Assembly (NCBI GenBank): GCA_943355005.1
Contig: CALRDV010000004.1
Span: 7,898-71,897 of the forward strand
From: Patescibacteria group bacterium
GTDB taxonomy: Bacteria > Patescibacteriota > Microgenomatia > UBA1400 > MFAQ01
Reading direction: 5' to 3'
DNA length: 64,000 nt
Every line of letters begins with the position of its first letter. Within the stretch, counting starts at the first letter, position 1. Shown in pieces: positions 19,720-30,271 of this stretch. The notes under the pieces were generated by a model, which saw nothing but the letters and a program-made list of their open reading frames with translations, did no database searches and had not been told where the DNA came from. Both the position numbers and the translations under genes were made by a program.

Positions 19720-20367
19720 TTATACCATTTGTCCTCGTAGCTTTCGAATTCCCCAGTATTTTATATAAGGATAATCCAGAAAAACTTGACTTAGGGTGGT
19801 AACTTTATATGGTTCTTTAATTCTCGTTTTCCCCCAAACAACTGTGTCACTCCGGTGATCTTTTCCCAAAACAAGAAAGGAATGAGCTTTTGTCGTCTCT
19901 CCGTACTCGTTTCCGTTTTCTGTCGAGGCGTGAACGACACAAGGAAAACCGAAGAACTCAAGCGCTTTTTTTAGCTCAAACTCATGGGTAAACATGAAAT
20001 AAGCAGCGTCGAAGAACTCCTTAGGGCAGTGTCGAGGCGCTTCTCCGGAGATACTTTCGTTCTCTAGAGCGTAAATAGCGGTATGACAATATAAATTTTT
20101 AATGTGTTCCAAACTTTTCTGATATTGTGGTCGAAACTCAGTCTTCTTGAACCAATCGAAATAATAAGGGTCGTTTTTGTGATTTGGATCCATATCTCTC
20201 TCTGCCCTAGGCTGTAGCAGCTGACACGCCCGAATTATTTTTTGTTGCCTGGGAGTTAACAAATACCAACCATTTGTTTCTTGCAATTTAGCCAGATCTT
20301 CTCTGTATTTATTGTTCTCAAGCTCAATATTGATTTGTGGACGAACAAGTCTCTCCATTTTCCCCAT
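19720..20367 (-). CDS. Hypothetical protein (possible Cys/His papain-like fold)
   Basis: 215 aa ORF with YCH and HSFLVLG; TATACT just upstream of the start. Confidence 0.55.
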   Translation of the reverse strand: MGKMERLVRPQINIELENNKYREDLAKLQETNGWYLLTPRQQKIIRACQLLQPRAERDMDPNHKNDPYYFDWFKKTEFRPQYQKSLEHIKNLYCHTAIYALENESISGEAPRHCPKEFFDAAYFMFTHEFELKKALEFFGFPCVVHASTENGNEYGETTKAHSFLVLGKDHRSDTVVWGKTRIKEPYKVTTLSQVFLDYPYIKYWGIRKLRGQMV

Positions 20368-20381
20368 AGTATACTAGATTA

Positions 20382-20687
20382 ATGACTTTTGAGGAGAAAA
20401 TTTATGAAGTACTTAGGAAAGTGCCTAGGGGAAAAGTGACTACTTACAAGAATTTGGCCGAAAAAATTGGTTCAAAAGCTTACAGAGCAGTCGGACAAGC
20501 CATGAGAAACAATCCTTTTGCGCCGGAAGTCCCCTGCCACAGAGTGGTGAGGAGTGACGGAAGAGTTGGTGGTTTTATGGGAAAAACTACAGGGAAGGAA
20601 ATTCAGAAGAAAATAGAAATGCTTACTTCAGAAGGTGTCGAGATTATAGATGGAAAGGTGGCTGATTTTTCATTAAGATGTTTTTAA
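20382..20687 (+). CDS. ogt: O6-methylguanine-DNA methyltransferase (MGMT family)
   Basis: VPRGKVTTY, RAVGQAM, PCHRVV active site. Confidence 0.9.
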   Translation: MTFEEKIYEVLRKVPRGKVTTYKNLAEKIGSKAYRAVGQAMRNNPFAPEVPCHRVVRSDGRVGGFMGKTTGKEIQKKIEMLTSEGVEIIDGKVADFSLRCF

Positions 20688-20707
20688 TAGTCTTTTATAT
20701 AAAAAAA

Positions 20708-20730
20708 TACCTCCCTTTTGAAGGAGGTAA
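20708..20730. terminator. Terminator hairpin
   Basis: TACCTCC...GGAGGTA between convergent genes. Confidence 0.65.
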
Positions 20731-20735
20731 TTAAG

Positions 20736-21077
20736 TTAGGAGAGCCTTAAGACATCTTTGCGATTAATGCGGATCCATGGGGAACCACCATCTCCCAAAT
20801 TGAATCTGAAGGTAAACTCATCCTCCAGCTGACGACGAATCCTCTCAACACTGACACCTCCAAGGTGCGTCGACTGTCCCCTTTCTAGACCCAGAAGCTG
20901 TTCTACATTAATTCTGGTGGGGACTTCGATAAACTTAAGGTCCTGTTCGTCGAAGATAACTATAACGGCTTCTCCTGACCAGGTGAACTTCACATAGTCT
21001 CTTCCTGAGCCAAGATTGGTTTCTTTGGCAACGAGCCAGCCAAGCGATCTAAAAATACGTACAAATAGTTTTTTCAA
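20736..21077 (-). CDS. Hypothetical protein
   Basis: 113 aa ORF, TTG start with AGGAGG RBS. Confidence 0.55.
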   Translation of the reverse strand: MKKLFVRIFRSLGWLVAKETNLGSGRDYVKFTWSGEAVIVIFDEQDLKFIEVPTRINVEQLLGLERGQSTHLGGVSVERIRRQLEDEFTFRFNLGDGGSPWIRINRKDVLRLS

Positions 21078-21276
21078 AGCAACCTCCTACTAGTTAGACT
21101 GTACTAATTATATACTCAAAAAGGCCAAATTACAAGGTTTATAGGGTATTTGCCTTTAGATGGGATGTTTTATCTAAATCTAAGATATTCACTGACAAAT
21201 GGTTTGAGAATTTCTTTTGCCTTGGAATATTTTTCTTTTCGCCCGGTGAGCATTTTCTACAGTAATTTCATTCATT

Positions 21277-22596
21277 CTAACTATCTAATTTTTCTTTTAA
21301 TATTTTTGTTAAAGCTTGTGGCGAGGCGGAGCCGTGGGTTTCTTTCATGGCTTGACCAACGAAAAAGCCAAGAACGTTAGTCTTACCTTTTTTGTACTCT
21401 GCAACTATTCCAGGATTATTGTCAATTATTTTTTGAACTATTTTGGAAAGTTCGGCAGTGTCGGTGTTCCCGACCTTGGTTAATTTTTCATATTGGACCA
21501 GGACGTGTTCAGCCGGATCTAGTTTGCCATTGACGATTAAGCTGGCAAGCTTATTTACCTCCACTCTGTTATCATCTGAATAATCGTGAATAATTTGAAT
21601 GGCGACTCTATTTTGCAAACTAACTAAAATTTTTGCGTCTTTTGCGTCGACACCAATCTTTTCCAAGGAAGAAATTTCCTGATGGGGAAGAAGTGGGAGC
21701 TCTCGACGTAATTTTTCTACAACTTCATCTTCAATAATAAAGGGTGGAATATCGGGCTCCGGGAAATAACGATAATCCTTAGCTTCTTCCTTAGTTCTCT
21801 GTAAGAACGTAACTTTCTTAATGGCGTCGTATCCTCGAGTAGTCTTATTTGTTGGTGTTTTTTCAATGCCGGTTTTCTCGAATTCCTCCACTTGTCTTTT
21901 GATTTCAAAATCGATAGCTTGAGAAGCAAAGTTGAAGGAGTTGATATTTTTGACTTCGACCAGTGGAGTGTAATGTGTACCTGATTCGTTTTCGATGCAG
22001 ACATTTATTGTTGGTTCCAGGCGCATTTGACCTTTTTCCATATCAGCATTGGAGACGCCGATAGCCCGAATAATTTCATGAATTTTTTTGAGATATTCTT
22101 TGGCTTCTGTACTACTAGCCATGTCCGGCTTAGAAACTATTTCCACCAAAGGAACTCCGCTGCGATTGAAGTCGACAAGGGTTACTTTTTCACCGTTTAG
22201 ATTGGTGTGCTGAAGTTTCCCAGTATCCTCTTCTTGATGAACTCTTTCGACACCGATTTTCTTACCTGAATCTAAGGTGATAAAACCTTCGGAGCAAAAA
22301 GGTTCATCGTACTGACTGATTTGATAACCTTTGGAGAGGTCAGGATAAAAATACTGTTTGCGATCGAATTTGGAAAGTCTATTGATAGAACAGTTGACCG
22401 CTAAACCAATTTTGATACAAGATTCGATGGCTTTTTTGTTTGGTACCGGAAGTGCTCCGGGTAACCCGAGACACACAGGACAAGTTTGAGTATTTGGAGC
22501 CTTGCTAAAATGGTCGGCAGGACAACCACAAAACATTTTTGATTTAGTTTCCAACTCGACGTGGACTTCAAGACCGATTAGGGGTGTAATTTTCAT
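21277..22596 (-). CDS. gatB: Asp/Glu-tRNA amidotransferase subunit B
   Basis: IGLEVHVEL, FDRKQYFYPD, DFNRSGVPLVEIV, DYRYFPEPD. Confidence 0.98.
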   Translation of the reverse strand: MKITPLIGLEVHVELETKSKMFCGCPADHFSKAPNTQTCPVCLGLPGALPVPNKKAIESCIKIGLAVNCSINRLSKFDRKQYFYPDLSKGYQISQYDEPFCSEGFITLDSGKKIGVERVHQEEDTGKLQHTNLNGEKVTLVDFNRSGVPLVEIVSKPDMASSTEAKEYLKKIHEIIRAIGVSNADMEKGQMRLEPTINVCIENESGTHYTPLVEVKNINSFNFASQAIDFEIKRQVEEFEKTGIEKTPTNKTTRGYDAIKKVTFLQRTKEEAKDYRYFPEPDIPPFIIEDEVVEKLRRELPLLPHQEISSLEKIGVDAKDAKILVSLQNRVAIQIIHDYSDDNRVEVNKLASLIVNGKLDPAEHVLVQYEKLTKVGNTDTAELSKIVQKIIDNNPGIVAEYKKGKTNVLGFFVGQAMKETHGSASPQALTKILKEKLDS

Positions 22597-24017
22597 AAAG
22601 TTTTATCTAAATCGGGAAATTTTTGAAAATCAGTGTTCCTCTGAAAACAATCAGCTATGGCTATAGCCTTTGACTCTTGGAATTGAGCGCAAGTAATTTG
22701 AAGTCCGATAGGTAAGTCATCTACAAAACCACAAGGAAGTCCAACACTGGTAAGCCCGGCGACGGAACTTGGCTCCACCAGAACATCCTCCATCTCCCCA
22801 AACATAGGCTGGTCCTTGGTAGCTCCGACTGAAAGTGCGGGGGTGGGTGACACTGCACCAATGACGGCATCGAAAGTTTTGAATACTTCAGCAAATTCGT
22901 CAATCATTTTTGTCCTGACAGCCTCGGCCTTTTTGTAAAAAGCATCATAGTAGCCTGCAGATAAAGTGTAAGTACCCAGCATGATTCTTCGTTTTGATTC
23001 CTGACAAAAAGTATCACGGGAGTTACCAAAGCGAATTCCATCAAATCTAGCGAGGTTTGAGCTGACTTCGGAACGCTGAACAACAGTGTAAACGCCAATG
23101 CCATATTTGGGATCCATCAAAGAAACTTCTTCGACCGTGGCACCAAGCTCTCTAAATTTATCAGCGGCGTCTAAAATTAATTTTTTAACATCTTCACTCA
23201 TGGAGGACATCAAGTATTCTTTGACCAGACCAATTTTAATTCCTTTTAAATCTTTTCTATTTAAAAAGGAAGGATAGTCTTCGACCGGAGTGGGGCTCGT
23301 GGTCGCATCATAAGGATCCTCACCGGAAATCACTCTGGTAATGAGAGCGGCGTCTGCAACTGATCTAGTAAGGGGACCAGGGGAATCAGTGGAACTGGCC
23401 ATAGCGATACAACCGTAGCGCCCTGCCCGTCCATAGGTAGGTTTCAGACCGGTAACACCCACCCACGCAGCTGGCTGACGGATGGAGCCTGCAGTCTCAC
23501 TACCCAGAGCGGCCGTAGCAAGCTGAGCAGAAATTGCTGCGGCGGAACCACCGGAAGAACCACCCGGAAGTTTTTCCGGATTCCAAGGATTTAGTGTCGG
23601 ACCAAAGTCTGATGTCTCGGTACTACTACCATGGGCAAAGGAATCCATATTTGTTTTACCAAGAAAGATGGCACCCGCAGCTAAAAGTTTACCTGTGACA
23701 CTCGATTCGTACTGGGGCATAAAACCTTTAAGAATGTTAGAACTGGCAGTCGTGGAAATGCCAACGGTTAAAAAGTTATCTTTAATCGCCATTGGAATGC
23801 CGAGCAATTCCCTATCAATCCCCTTTTCGGCAATTTCTATGTCGACTTCTGCCGCCTGCTTAAGTGCATTTTCATTCAGATCCAAGAAAATATTTAATTT
23901 GGGATTATATTTATCGATACGTTTAAGAAAATGTTTGACCAGTTCGACACAGGTAAAATCTTTGTTTAGATATCCGGCGTGGACTTCGGAGATTGAGAGT
24001 GCGTGTAGAGGTTTCAT
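22593..24017 (-). CDS. gatA: Asp/Glu-tRNA amidotransferase subunit A
   Basis: Amidase signature PGGSSGGSAAA, GSIRQPAA, SSNLARFDG. Confidence 0.98.
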   Translation of the reverse strand: MKPLHALSISEVHAGYLNKDFTCVELVKHFLKRIDKYNPKLNIFLDLNENALKQAAEVDIEIAEKGIDRELLGIPMAIKDNFLTVGISTTASSNILKGFMPQYESSVTGKLLAAGAIFLGKTNMDSFAHGSSTETSDFGPTLNPWNPEKLPGGSSGGSAAAISAQLATAALGSETAGSIRQPAAWVGVTGLKPTYGRAGRYGCIAMASSTDSPGPLTRSVADAALITRVISGEDPYDATTSPTPVEDYPSFLNRKDLKGIKIGLVKEYLMSSMSEDVKKLILDAADKFRELGATVEEVSLMDPKYGIGVYTVVQRSEVSSNLARFDGIRFGNSRDTFCQESKRRIMLGTYTLSAGYYDAFYKKAEAVRTKMIDEFAEVFKTFDAVIGAVSPTPALSVGATKDQPMFGEMEDVLVEPSSVAGLTSVGLPCGFVDDLPIGLQITCAQFQESKAIAIADCFQRNTDFQKFPDLDKTL

Positions 24018-24343
24018 TAGATTACGGTTTCGGTTTCGTCGGTATCTATTATGCGGGGTACTACAAAAAAGCCATTACTGGTGAGCTTGGCTTCGCGGAG
24101 GGCAACGGACTGTGGAAGAATTCGAGATGTGTCTACAAAGTCTTCACGGGCAATATTGGATAACCCTGTAACTTGGTAGGTGGCGGAAACTGTGGAGGTA
24201 TCGATTTCGTTTAGCTGATTGATGACGTCGACGGTTTCGGTAAACTGACCGGCAAAAAGATTCACTTCGTTGGGCTGTAGCCTAAGGCTCGCAAGCTTGG
24301 CGATTTTTTTGACCTCATCGGCAGTGACGGTTACTTTGTGCAC
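24017..24343 (-). CDS. gatC: Asp/Glu-tRNA amidotransferase subunit C
   Basis: EVKKIAKLASL, REDFV, FFVVPRII; directly upstream of gatA; GTG 24343 follows TAAAAT. Confidence 0.92.
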   Translation of the reverse strand: MHKVTVTADEVKKIAKLASLRLQPNEVNLFAGQFTETVDVINQLNEIDTSTVSATYQVTGLSNIAREDFVDTSRILPQSVALREAKLTSNGFFVVPRIIDTDETETVI

Positions 24344-24415
24344 AAACACAATTTTAGCAGGATTTCCCGTGGCTGGATAGACAACCCATAGACTGGGAGA
24401 CACTAGTTGGGGTAA

Positions 24416-25777
24416 TTAGTCGTTTAGAAAGTTCTGTGAAAGTTTGATCTTTTGATTTTTGATCTCGTAGGCGATATCACAAACATTATTAAGCAGCTCA
24501 TGATCGTGAGAAATAAGCAGAACTGTGCCTTCGTAATCGACCAAAAATTCTTCCATAGCAGCAACAGATTTTAGATCTAAATGATTGGTGGGCTCGTCCA
24601 AAATTAAAATATCCGGATTGGTGTATAAGAAGAGTGCAAGCTGCAAGCGGGCTTTCTGTCCACCCGAAAGAGTCCAAACCTTTGACTTCATGGTGTTCTT
24701 ACTGAAATAAAATCTCTTGAGAACTGCGGCGGCTTCATAATCGGCTATAGGAAAACGCTTAGTAAAGCAATCAATGGGCGAAGCTTCTTTTTCCAATGTT
24801 TCCAAATGTTCTTGGGAATAATAGCCTACTTTGAGACCATCACCCGATTTAGCTACTCCGACTGACGGTTCCAGCTGTCCAAGAATTAATTTGATAAGGG
24901 TGGACTTGCCAGTACCGTTGGCAGAGATAAGAGCTACCTTCTCCCCTACCTCTAAGTATAGTTCAGCTTTTTCGAAGACTGCTGTTTCCGGATAAGCGAA
25001 GGAAAGATCCCGCACCATGACTGCCAGCTTGTGTTTGATTTGCTTGCCGGAAACTGATGTGTTTAGCTCGATATGGGCATCTCGATTCTTGGGATTTTTT
25101 ACCATTTCGTTTTCGAAACGCGCTAAACGTTTTTCCAGGGCATGGTAATAGCGGGCCGTCTTCAGACTACTGGCTGCTTTCTGTCTAAACCTTTCCACAA
25201 GATCTTTTAGACGCTTATGTTCTTTGTCTTGGACATGGAATAAGTGTTCGAGATCCTCCCTCTCTCTCTGATACTCGACGGTGAATTTTTCGTAACCGAA
25301 AGGATAAGTTCTAATTTCTCTGTCTTCGACCAGCCAGGTATGCGTCGTAATCTCACGAAGAAGATGCCTATCGTGCGAAATCGTGATGACCAGACCATCG
25401 AAGGACTTTAGAGCGCTTGCCAACCATTGTTTGTTTTCGATGTCTAAGTGATTATCCGGCTCGTCTAGCAGTAGTACGTCGTAAAGACTGGAATAAATAA
25501 GATCTGCGAGTAGAGCAATCTTCTTTTGGCCTCCTGAAAGAGTGGGCAAAGAATCGATTTCTTGCTGAAGATATCCTATTCGAGGATCTCCACCCCATTC
25601 GATCCGACCACCATCTTGTTCTTCCAAGCCAGCCATTATCTTCAGTAAGGTAGATTTACCTGAACCGTTATCCCCAATTAAAGCCACAATCCCATTACCT
25701 GTGTGAGACAGAGTAACATCATCGAGTAAGGGCTGGTTGTAGCTCTTTTCGAGTTTGGTAATTTTGAGATTGATCAT
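24416..25777 (-). CDS. ABC-F family ATPase
   Basis: Two ABC domains (GDNGSGKST, LSGGQ, LLLDEPDNHLD; NGTGKST, LDEPTNHLD) and no TM domain. Confidence 0.9.
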   Translation of the reverse strand: MINLKITKLEKSYNQPLLDDVTLSHTGNGIVALIGDNGSGKSTLLKIMAGLEEQDGGRIEWGGDPRIGYLQQEIDSLPTLSGGQKKIALLADLIYSSLYDVLLLDEPDNHLDIENKQWLASALKSFDGLVITISHDRHLLREITTHTWLVEDREIRTYPFGYEKFTVEYQREREDLEHLFHVQDKEHKRLKDLVERFRQKAASSLKTARYYHALEKRLARFENEMVKNPKNRDAHIELNTSVSGKQIKHKLAVMVRDLSFAYPETAVFEKAELYLEVGEKVALISANGTGKSTLIKLILGQLEPSVGVAKSGDGLKVGYYSQEHLETLEKEASPIDCFTKRFPIADYEAAAVLKRFYFSKNTMKSKVWTLSGGQKARLQLALFLYTNPDILILDEPTNHLDLKSVAAMEEFLVDYEGTVLLISHDHELLNNVCDIAYEIKNQKIKLSQNFLND

Positions 25778-25874
25778 CTTACTTAGTTTTTTTGGCTGCA
25801 CACGAGCCTCGATAAGTATATCAAAATGTGGGATAATGTAACCTTCGCACATTCTACACATCTTTGGAGGCTCG

Positions 25875-26177
25875 ATGCCAGTTTTTACTATTTCTCCGGA
25901 ACCTCACGAATCAGAAGCGGTAATTAAGCAGTTACATCACATTGCTGTAAGAAAATTTCATATTCTTCAAGTACACGTACCTTATTCGGATAAAAATATA
26001 TTTGTAATTCATCATGAAGGTTGGAGATATGTGCTCGAACAACCACATATCGTTAAAGCTTCTAACAGAAAAACCGGGACCTGCATGGTAATTAACTTTG
26101 AAAGCGATAACACAACACAGTTGTCAAAAGTTATGCTGGAAATTGTGCACAAAATTCTTGCAAACCGTCCCACTTAG
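25875..26177 (+). CDS. Hypothetical protein
   Basis: 100 aa ORF, GGAGG RBS, hairpin-T terminator at its end. Confidence 0.55.
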   Translation: MPVFTISPEPHESEAVIKQLHHIAVRKFHILQVHVPYSDKNIFVIHHEGWRYVLEQPHIVKASNRKTGTCMVINFESDNTTQLSKVMLEIVHKILANRPT

Positions 26178-26186
26178 GGGCGGTTT

Positions 26187-28316
26187 TTATTTGATGACAA
26201 GTCTGCCTTCGACAAAGGAAATCTTTATTGGCTTATCTTGATGAAGTTTACCTTCGATGATTTGAAGAGCGAGTTCGTCCTCAATTTTATTCTGGATTAC
26301 CCTCTTTACCGGCCTGGCGCCATAAATTTTGTCGAAGCCAAACAGCGCCACCGTTTGACCAACGGTTTTATCGAAGTCTATCTGATACCCCTTCCCGGCC
26401 AACCGGTACTTTAATTCATTTAACTGAATTTCGACAATTTCAGAGACTTGTTCCCTATTGAGTCTCTTAAATGTGATAATTTGATCGATGCGGTTGAGAA
26501 ATTCAGGACGAAAATACCCTCTGAGTATCTCAAAAGTCTTAGTCTCAATATCGGATTCGCTTAATTTATCATCTACGGCGAAGCTACTACCCAAATTACT
26601 GGTCATGATGATCACGGTATTCTTGAAGTTTACCGTGTGACCTTGACCATCAGTCAGTCGACCATCATCTAGGATTTGCAAAAAGGCACTAAAGATTTGG
26701 GGGTGGGCTTTTTCGATTTCGTCAAAGAGAATTACTGAGTAGGGTTTGCGTCGGACCGCTTCTGTCAGTTGACCTCCCTCTTCATATCCGACATATCCGG
26801 GAGGGGCACCTATGAGTCGAGCTACCGAATGGCTCTCTGTATATTCCGACATATCGATGCGGATGAGAGATTTTTCATCGTTAAAAAGTTCTTCGGCCAG
26901 AGCTTTAACTGTTTCTGTTTTGCCCACACCGGTAGGTCCAAGAAATAAGAACGAGGCGATGGGTCGATTCTCATCTGAGATGCCGGCTCTGGATCTTCTG
27001 ATAGCGTTACTGACGGCTTTGATGGCATCGCCTTGACCCATGACGCGCTTGGTCAATTCTGATTCTAGATTTATCAATTTGGCAGTTTCGGACCCAAGAA
27101 GTCTAGTAACAGGAATTCCTGCCCAACGAGAAATCACCTTGGCAATGTCTTCCGTGTCCACTTCCAACTGCAGAACCCTATCTTCAGGCTTAATCGCACT
27201 CCATTCTTTTTGCTTAACATCAAGCTGTTCCTGAAGTTTGGGTAAGGTACCGTATTTTAGCTGAGCTGCTTCTTCCAGGCGGACTTCTTTTTCGGCGGTG
27301 TCGAACTTTATTTTAGTTTGATCTATCTCAGCTTGAACTTTATTTATTTCTTCAATTAGACTTTTTTGCTTTTTCCATGCAACTTCGATTTTCAAAGCCG
27401 ACATTTTCTTCTCTTCGCGGTCATTTTCCAAATGCTCACGACGAGAGTTGGCTGAATCTGATTTTTCTTTTTTTATAGAGGCGAGCTCAATATCAATCTG
27501 AGTGATTTTTCTTTTTAAGATATCCAGCTCGGCCGGCATAGATTCAATTTCGATTTTCAGAGCCGACGCGGCTTCGTCGATTAAGTCTATGGCTTTATCC
27601 GGTAGAAAACGGTCAGGCAGATATCGGACAGAGAGATTCACAGCAGAAATTAGGGCGTCATCGCTAATTCTGAGCTTATGGTGGATTTCATATTTTTCTT
27701 TTATACCTCTAAGAATCGCAATTGTATCTTCTTGGCTGGGCTCCTCTACCAAAACAGGCTGGAAGCGTCTTTCCAAAGCAGCGTCCTTTTCGATGTATTT
27801 TCGATATTCATCTATAGTGGTAGCCCCGATTAAATGGAGCTCGCCTCTAGCCAAGGCTGGTTTGAGAATGTTGGCAGCATCAACAGCACCCTCCCCTGCC
27901 CCGGCGCCAACCAAAGTGTGAAGCTCATCTATAAATAAGATGTATTGACCTTCTCCTTTTTTCACCTCATCTACAATCCCTTTCATTCTTTTTTCAAATT
28001 CCCCCCTGTATGAAGCGCCGGCGAGAATACTGGCCATATCAAGAACGAGAATATCTTTATCTTTGATAGAGTCAGGGACATCTCCATCGGCAATGCGATT
28101 GGCAAGGCCTTCAACCAAGGCAGTCTTACCAACACCGGGGTCCCCGATTAATACGGGGTTATTTTTGGTACGGCGGGAAAGTACTTGCATCACTCGACGG
28201 ATTTCCATATCCCGCCCAATGACAGGGTCAAGCTTATGAGCCTTGGCTTTCGTTGTCAAATTAACTGTATATTTTTCCAGGAGCTTTCCCTCCTGTTGTT
28301 CAAAAGGATTTTCCAT
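26187..28316 (-). CDS. clpB: ClpB chaperone lacking the N-terminal domain
   Basis: LDPVIGRD, two AAA modules ([16 protein letters not shown]), coiled-coil M domain, GYVGYEEGG. Confidence 0.93.
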   Translation of the reverse strand: MENPFEQQEGKLLEKYTVNLTTKAKAHKLDPVIGRDMEIRRVMQVLSRRTKNNPVLIGDPGVGKTALVEGLANRIADGDVPDSIKDKDILVLDMASILAGASYRGEFEKRMKGIVDEVKKGEGQYILFIDELHTLVGAGAGEGAVDAANILKPALARGELHLIGATTIDEYRKYIEKDAALERRFQPVLVEEPSQEDTIAILRGIKEKYEIHHKLRISDDALISAVNLSVRYLPDRFLPDKAIDLIDEAASALKIEIESMPAELDILKRKITQIDIELASIKKEKSDSANSRREHLENDREEKKMSALKIEVAWKKQKSLIEEINKVQAEIDQTKIKFDTAEKEVRLEEAAQLKYGTLPKLQEQLDVKQKEWSAIKPEDRVLQLEVDTEDIAKVISRWAGIPVTRLLGSETAKLINLESELTKRVMGQGDAIKAVSNAIRRSRAGISDENRPIASFLFLGPTGVGKTETVKALAEELFNDEKSLIRIDMSEYTESHSVARLIGAPPGYVGYEEGGQLTEAVRRKPYSVILFDEIEKAHPQIFSAFLQILDDGRLTDGQGHTVNFKNTVIIMTSNLGSSFAVDDKLSESDIETKTFEILRGYFRPEFLNRIDQIITFKRLNREQVSEIVEIQLNELKYRLAGKGYQIDFDKTVGQTVALFGFDKIYGARPVKRVIQNKIEDELALQIIEGKLHQDKPIKISFVEGRLVIK

Positions 28317-28388
28317 AATTCTAGAATACTACGATTCTGGCACTCCGTCAAGTCAACTGCTAAGAATTTCTTTGGTAAACTAGGGGTA

Positions 28389-29180
28389 ATGGAAAAACTT
28401 GTTTTGATTAAACTCGGAGGAAGCCTTATTACTGATAAGAGTAAAGATAGATCCCCTAGACCGGACATGATTGCTAAGATGGCAGATGAAATTATTGGCA
28501 TCGCCGGTAAATTCGACGGAAAAATGATTGTGGCTCACGGAGCCGGCTCCTTTGCTCACAGACCGGCCGACCAGTACAAAGTGAAAGATGGAATTAAAGG
28601 ACCTCTACAAATTAAAGGATTTCCTATAGTGGCCGACAGAGCTATCGAGCTCAATCGTATCGTAATAAAGAATTTTCTTGAGATGGATATTCCTGCTGTT
28701 TCTTTTTCTCCGGAAAGCATCATCATGTCCTACGACAAAAAGCCGGAATCCGTCTTTACTGATTCTCTTGAACATGCATTGAATTTAGGATTTTTACCGG
28801 TGCTGTATGGCGACGTCGTTTTTGACAAGAAAATTGGTGCATGTATTTACTCTACAGAAATGGTGCTTGGTGCTTTGGCAGGGAAACTGAGCAAGAAATA
28901 TGAAATTAGCTTTGTATATTGCACCGATACGGATGGTGTCTATGACTTGCGCCGAAGAACTATTCCGGAAATTAATCCAAAAAACATTAAAGAAGTGGAG
29001 AAGTTTATCACCGGCTCAAAAAGTACCGACGTAACGGGAGGTATGGTTCACAAAGTCCACGAGAGCTTAGAAATGGCAAAATTGGACATGAAAACAATTA
29101 TTGTAAATGGAAACAGAGTGAGTGAATTAAGAAATGCCGTCCTCGGGAAAGAGCACCATGGCACGGTAATTTCTGATTAA
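28389..29180 (+). CDS. Isopentenyl phosphate kinase (amino-acid kinase family)
   Basis: IKLGGSLITDK, HGAGSFAH, LYGDVVFD, DVTGGM.HKV. Confidence 0.85.
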   Translation: MEKLVLIKLGGSLITDKSKDRSPRPDMIAKMADEIIGIAGKFDGKMIVAHGAGSFAHRPADQYKVKDGIKGPLQIKGFPIVADRAIELNRIVIKNFLEMDIPAVSFSPESIIMSYDKKPESVFTDSLEHALNLGFLPVLYGDVVFDKKIGACIYSTEMVLGALAGKLSKKYEISFVYCTDTDGVYDLRRRTIPEINPKNIKEVEKFITGSKSTDVTGGMVHKVHESLEMAKLDMKTIIVNGNRVSELRNAVLGKEHHGTVISD

Positions 29181-29545
29181 AAGAGATAGGTACCGACGCA
29201 TATTATCCGATGCCACAAAAATTCTAATTTGTCTAACTCCTGATAGCCGTGGGCTTTTTCTATGAGCTTTCTTCTAAGTGTACTTACATATTCAGGAGGC
29301 TTCTGCCCAACTACAAATTCCCAACCAATACCATAAAGCAAGGCAAAGTCCCTTGAGTCCTTAATGTCTTCCTCCGGATTAATCATGTCCAATACTGTTT
29401 CTAACTTAAGTGGTTTACTTGATTCCCACAAAGTAGACACATCTTCACTTTCCATATGCCAAAAATCAAACTTGGGTCCCAGCTCCGCGACTTTACCTGA
29501 GACTACAGTATGGAGAAGCATTTCCTTGGCACTATTCGTAGACAT
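29177..29545 (-). CDS. Hypothetical protein
   Basis: 122 aa ORF preceded by TAAAAT. Confidence 0.5.
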   Translation of the reverse strand: MSTNSAKEMLLHTVVSGKVAELGPKFDFWHMESEDVSTLWESSKPLKLETVLDMINPEEDIKDSRDFALLYGIGWEFVVGQKPPEYVSTLRRKLIEKAHGYQELDKLEFLWHRIICVGTYLF

Positions 29546-29558
29546 GCCTGAGATTTTA

Positions 29559-30110
29559 TCAGCTTTTAGGAAGAGTGAAACCCTTGGAAAGACCGAACTG
29601 AATAAAACCTTCCAGATCTAAAATAGTTTGACTGATTTGGCAGTTTTGGAAAGCAACTCCGGTAGTGTTTGAGTCGGTGAAATCCGTGTTCTTGAGCTTG
29701 CAATAATCAAACACCGATTTTTCAAAATCAATTTTTGTAAGTTTTAAGCCGGAAAGATCGCAATTAGCAAAATAGACCGACTTTAGCTCGGAATCAGGGA
29801 AGATACAGCCGGGGAGTTTTTGCTTCTCAAATGAGCAACCTTCGAGGCGACAGTGCTGGAAAATACACGCTGAGAGGGAAGTATCTTTGAAATTAATCCA
29901 GTTCATTTTGCAATCTTCAAACCGGCACTTGGTGAAAGATACTGAATCCAAAAGTGAATTCGATAAATCACAGTTTACAAAAGTGCAGCTCTCGAATCCG
30001 GTGAATTTAAACTGGGATTTGGTGAACTTGCAGTCCACGAACTTCGTATCCTCAAAATCGACACCTTTCAACTCCTCATCGGTGAAATTTTTGTCTTTGA
30101 GGGAAATCAT
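29559..30110 (-). CDS. Pentapeptide repeat protein
   Basis: Periodic F/L-x-x-C/S/T-x repeats throughout. Confidence 0.9.
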   Translation of the reverse strand: MISLKDKNFTDEELKGVDFEDTKFVDCKFTKSQFKFTGFESCTFVNCDLSNSLLDSVSFTKCRFEDCKMNWINFKDTSLSACIFQHCRLEGCSFEKQKLPGCIFPDSELKSVYFANCDLSGLKLTKIDFEKSVFDYCKLKNTDFTDSNTTGVAFQNCQISQTILDLEGFIQFGLSKGFTLPKS

Positions 30111-30129
30111 ATGGTTAATTATAATTCTG

Positions 30130-30207
30130 TGTTCGGGATCAAAGACTTTGTCTTTGCCCTCACCCCCGCCTCGCTGGGCTTGTTACAAGACCAGCTCCGG
30201 CAATCTC
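30130..30207 (-). repeat. Orphan copy (E) of the tRNA-associated structured element core
   Basis: Minus strand GCCGGAGCTGGTCTTGTAACAAGCCCAGCGAGGC matches copy B GGCGTAGCTGATCTTGTAACAAGCTCAGCGAGCC. Confidence 0.65.
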
Positions 30208-30271
30208 TCATAAATTCTTAGTTTTTTGTTTATAACGATTTCCACAAGGAAAATGATTATAAACATAGAAT

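Noticed and set aside
19280-19723. GGGACATTAT repeated on both sides of the 132 aa ORF
   Set aside because: Only 10 bp, and one copy is a terminator arm; insufficient evidence for a target-site duplication.
21150-21380. Short ORFs downstream of gatB
   Set aside because: No recognisable motif; AT-rich intergenic sequence or gene remnant.
24416-25777. ABC-F as an antibiotic-resistance gene
   Set aside because: Subfamily cannot be assigned by eye; no leader peptide or attenuator seen.
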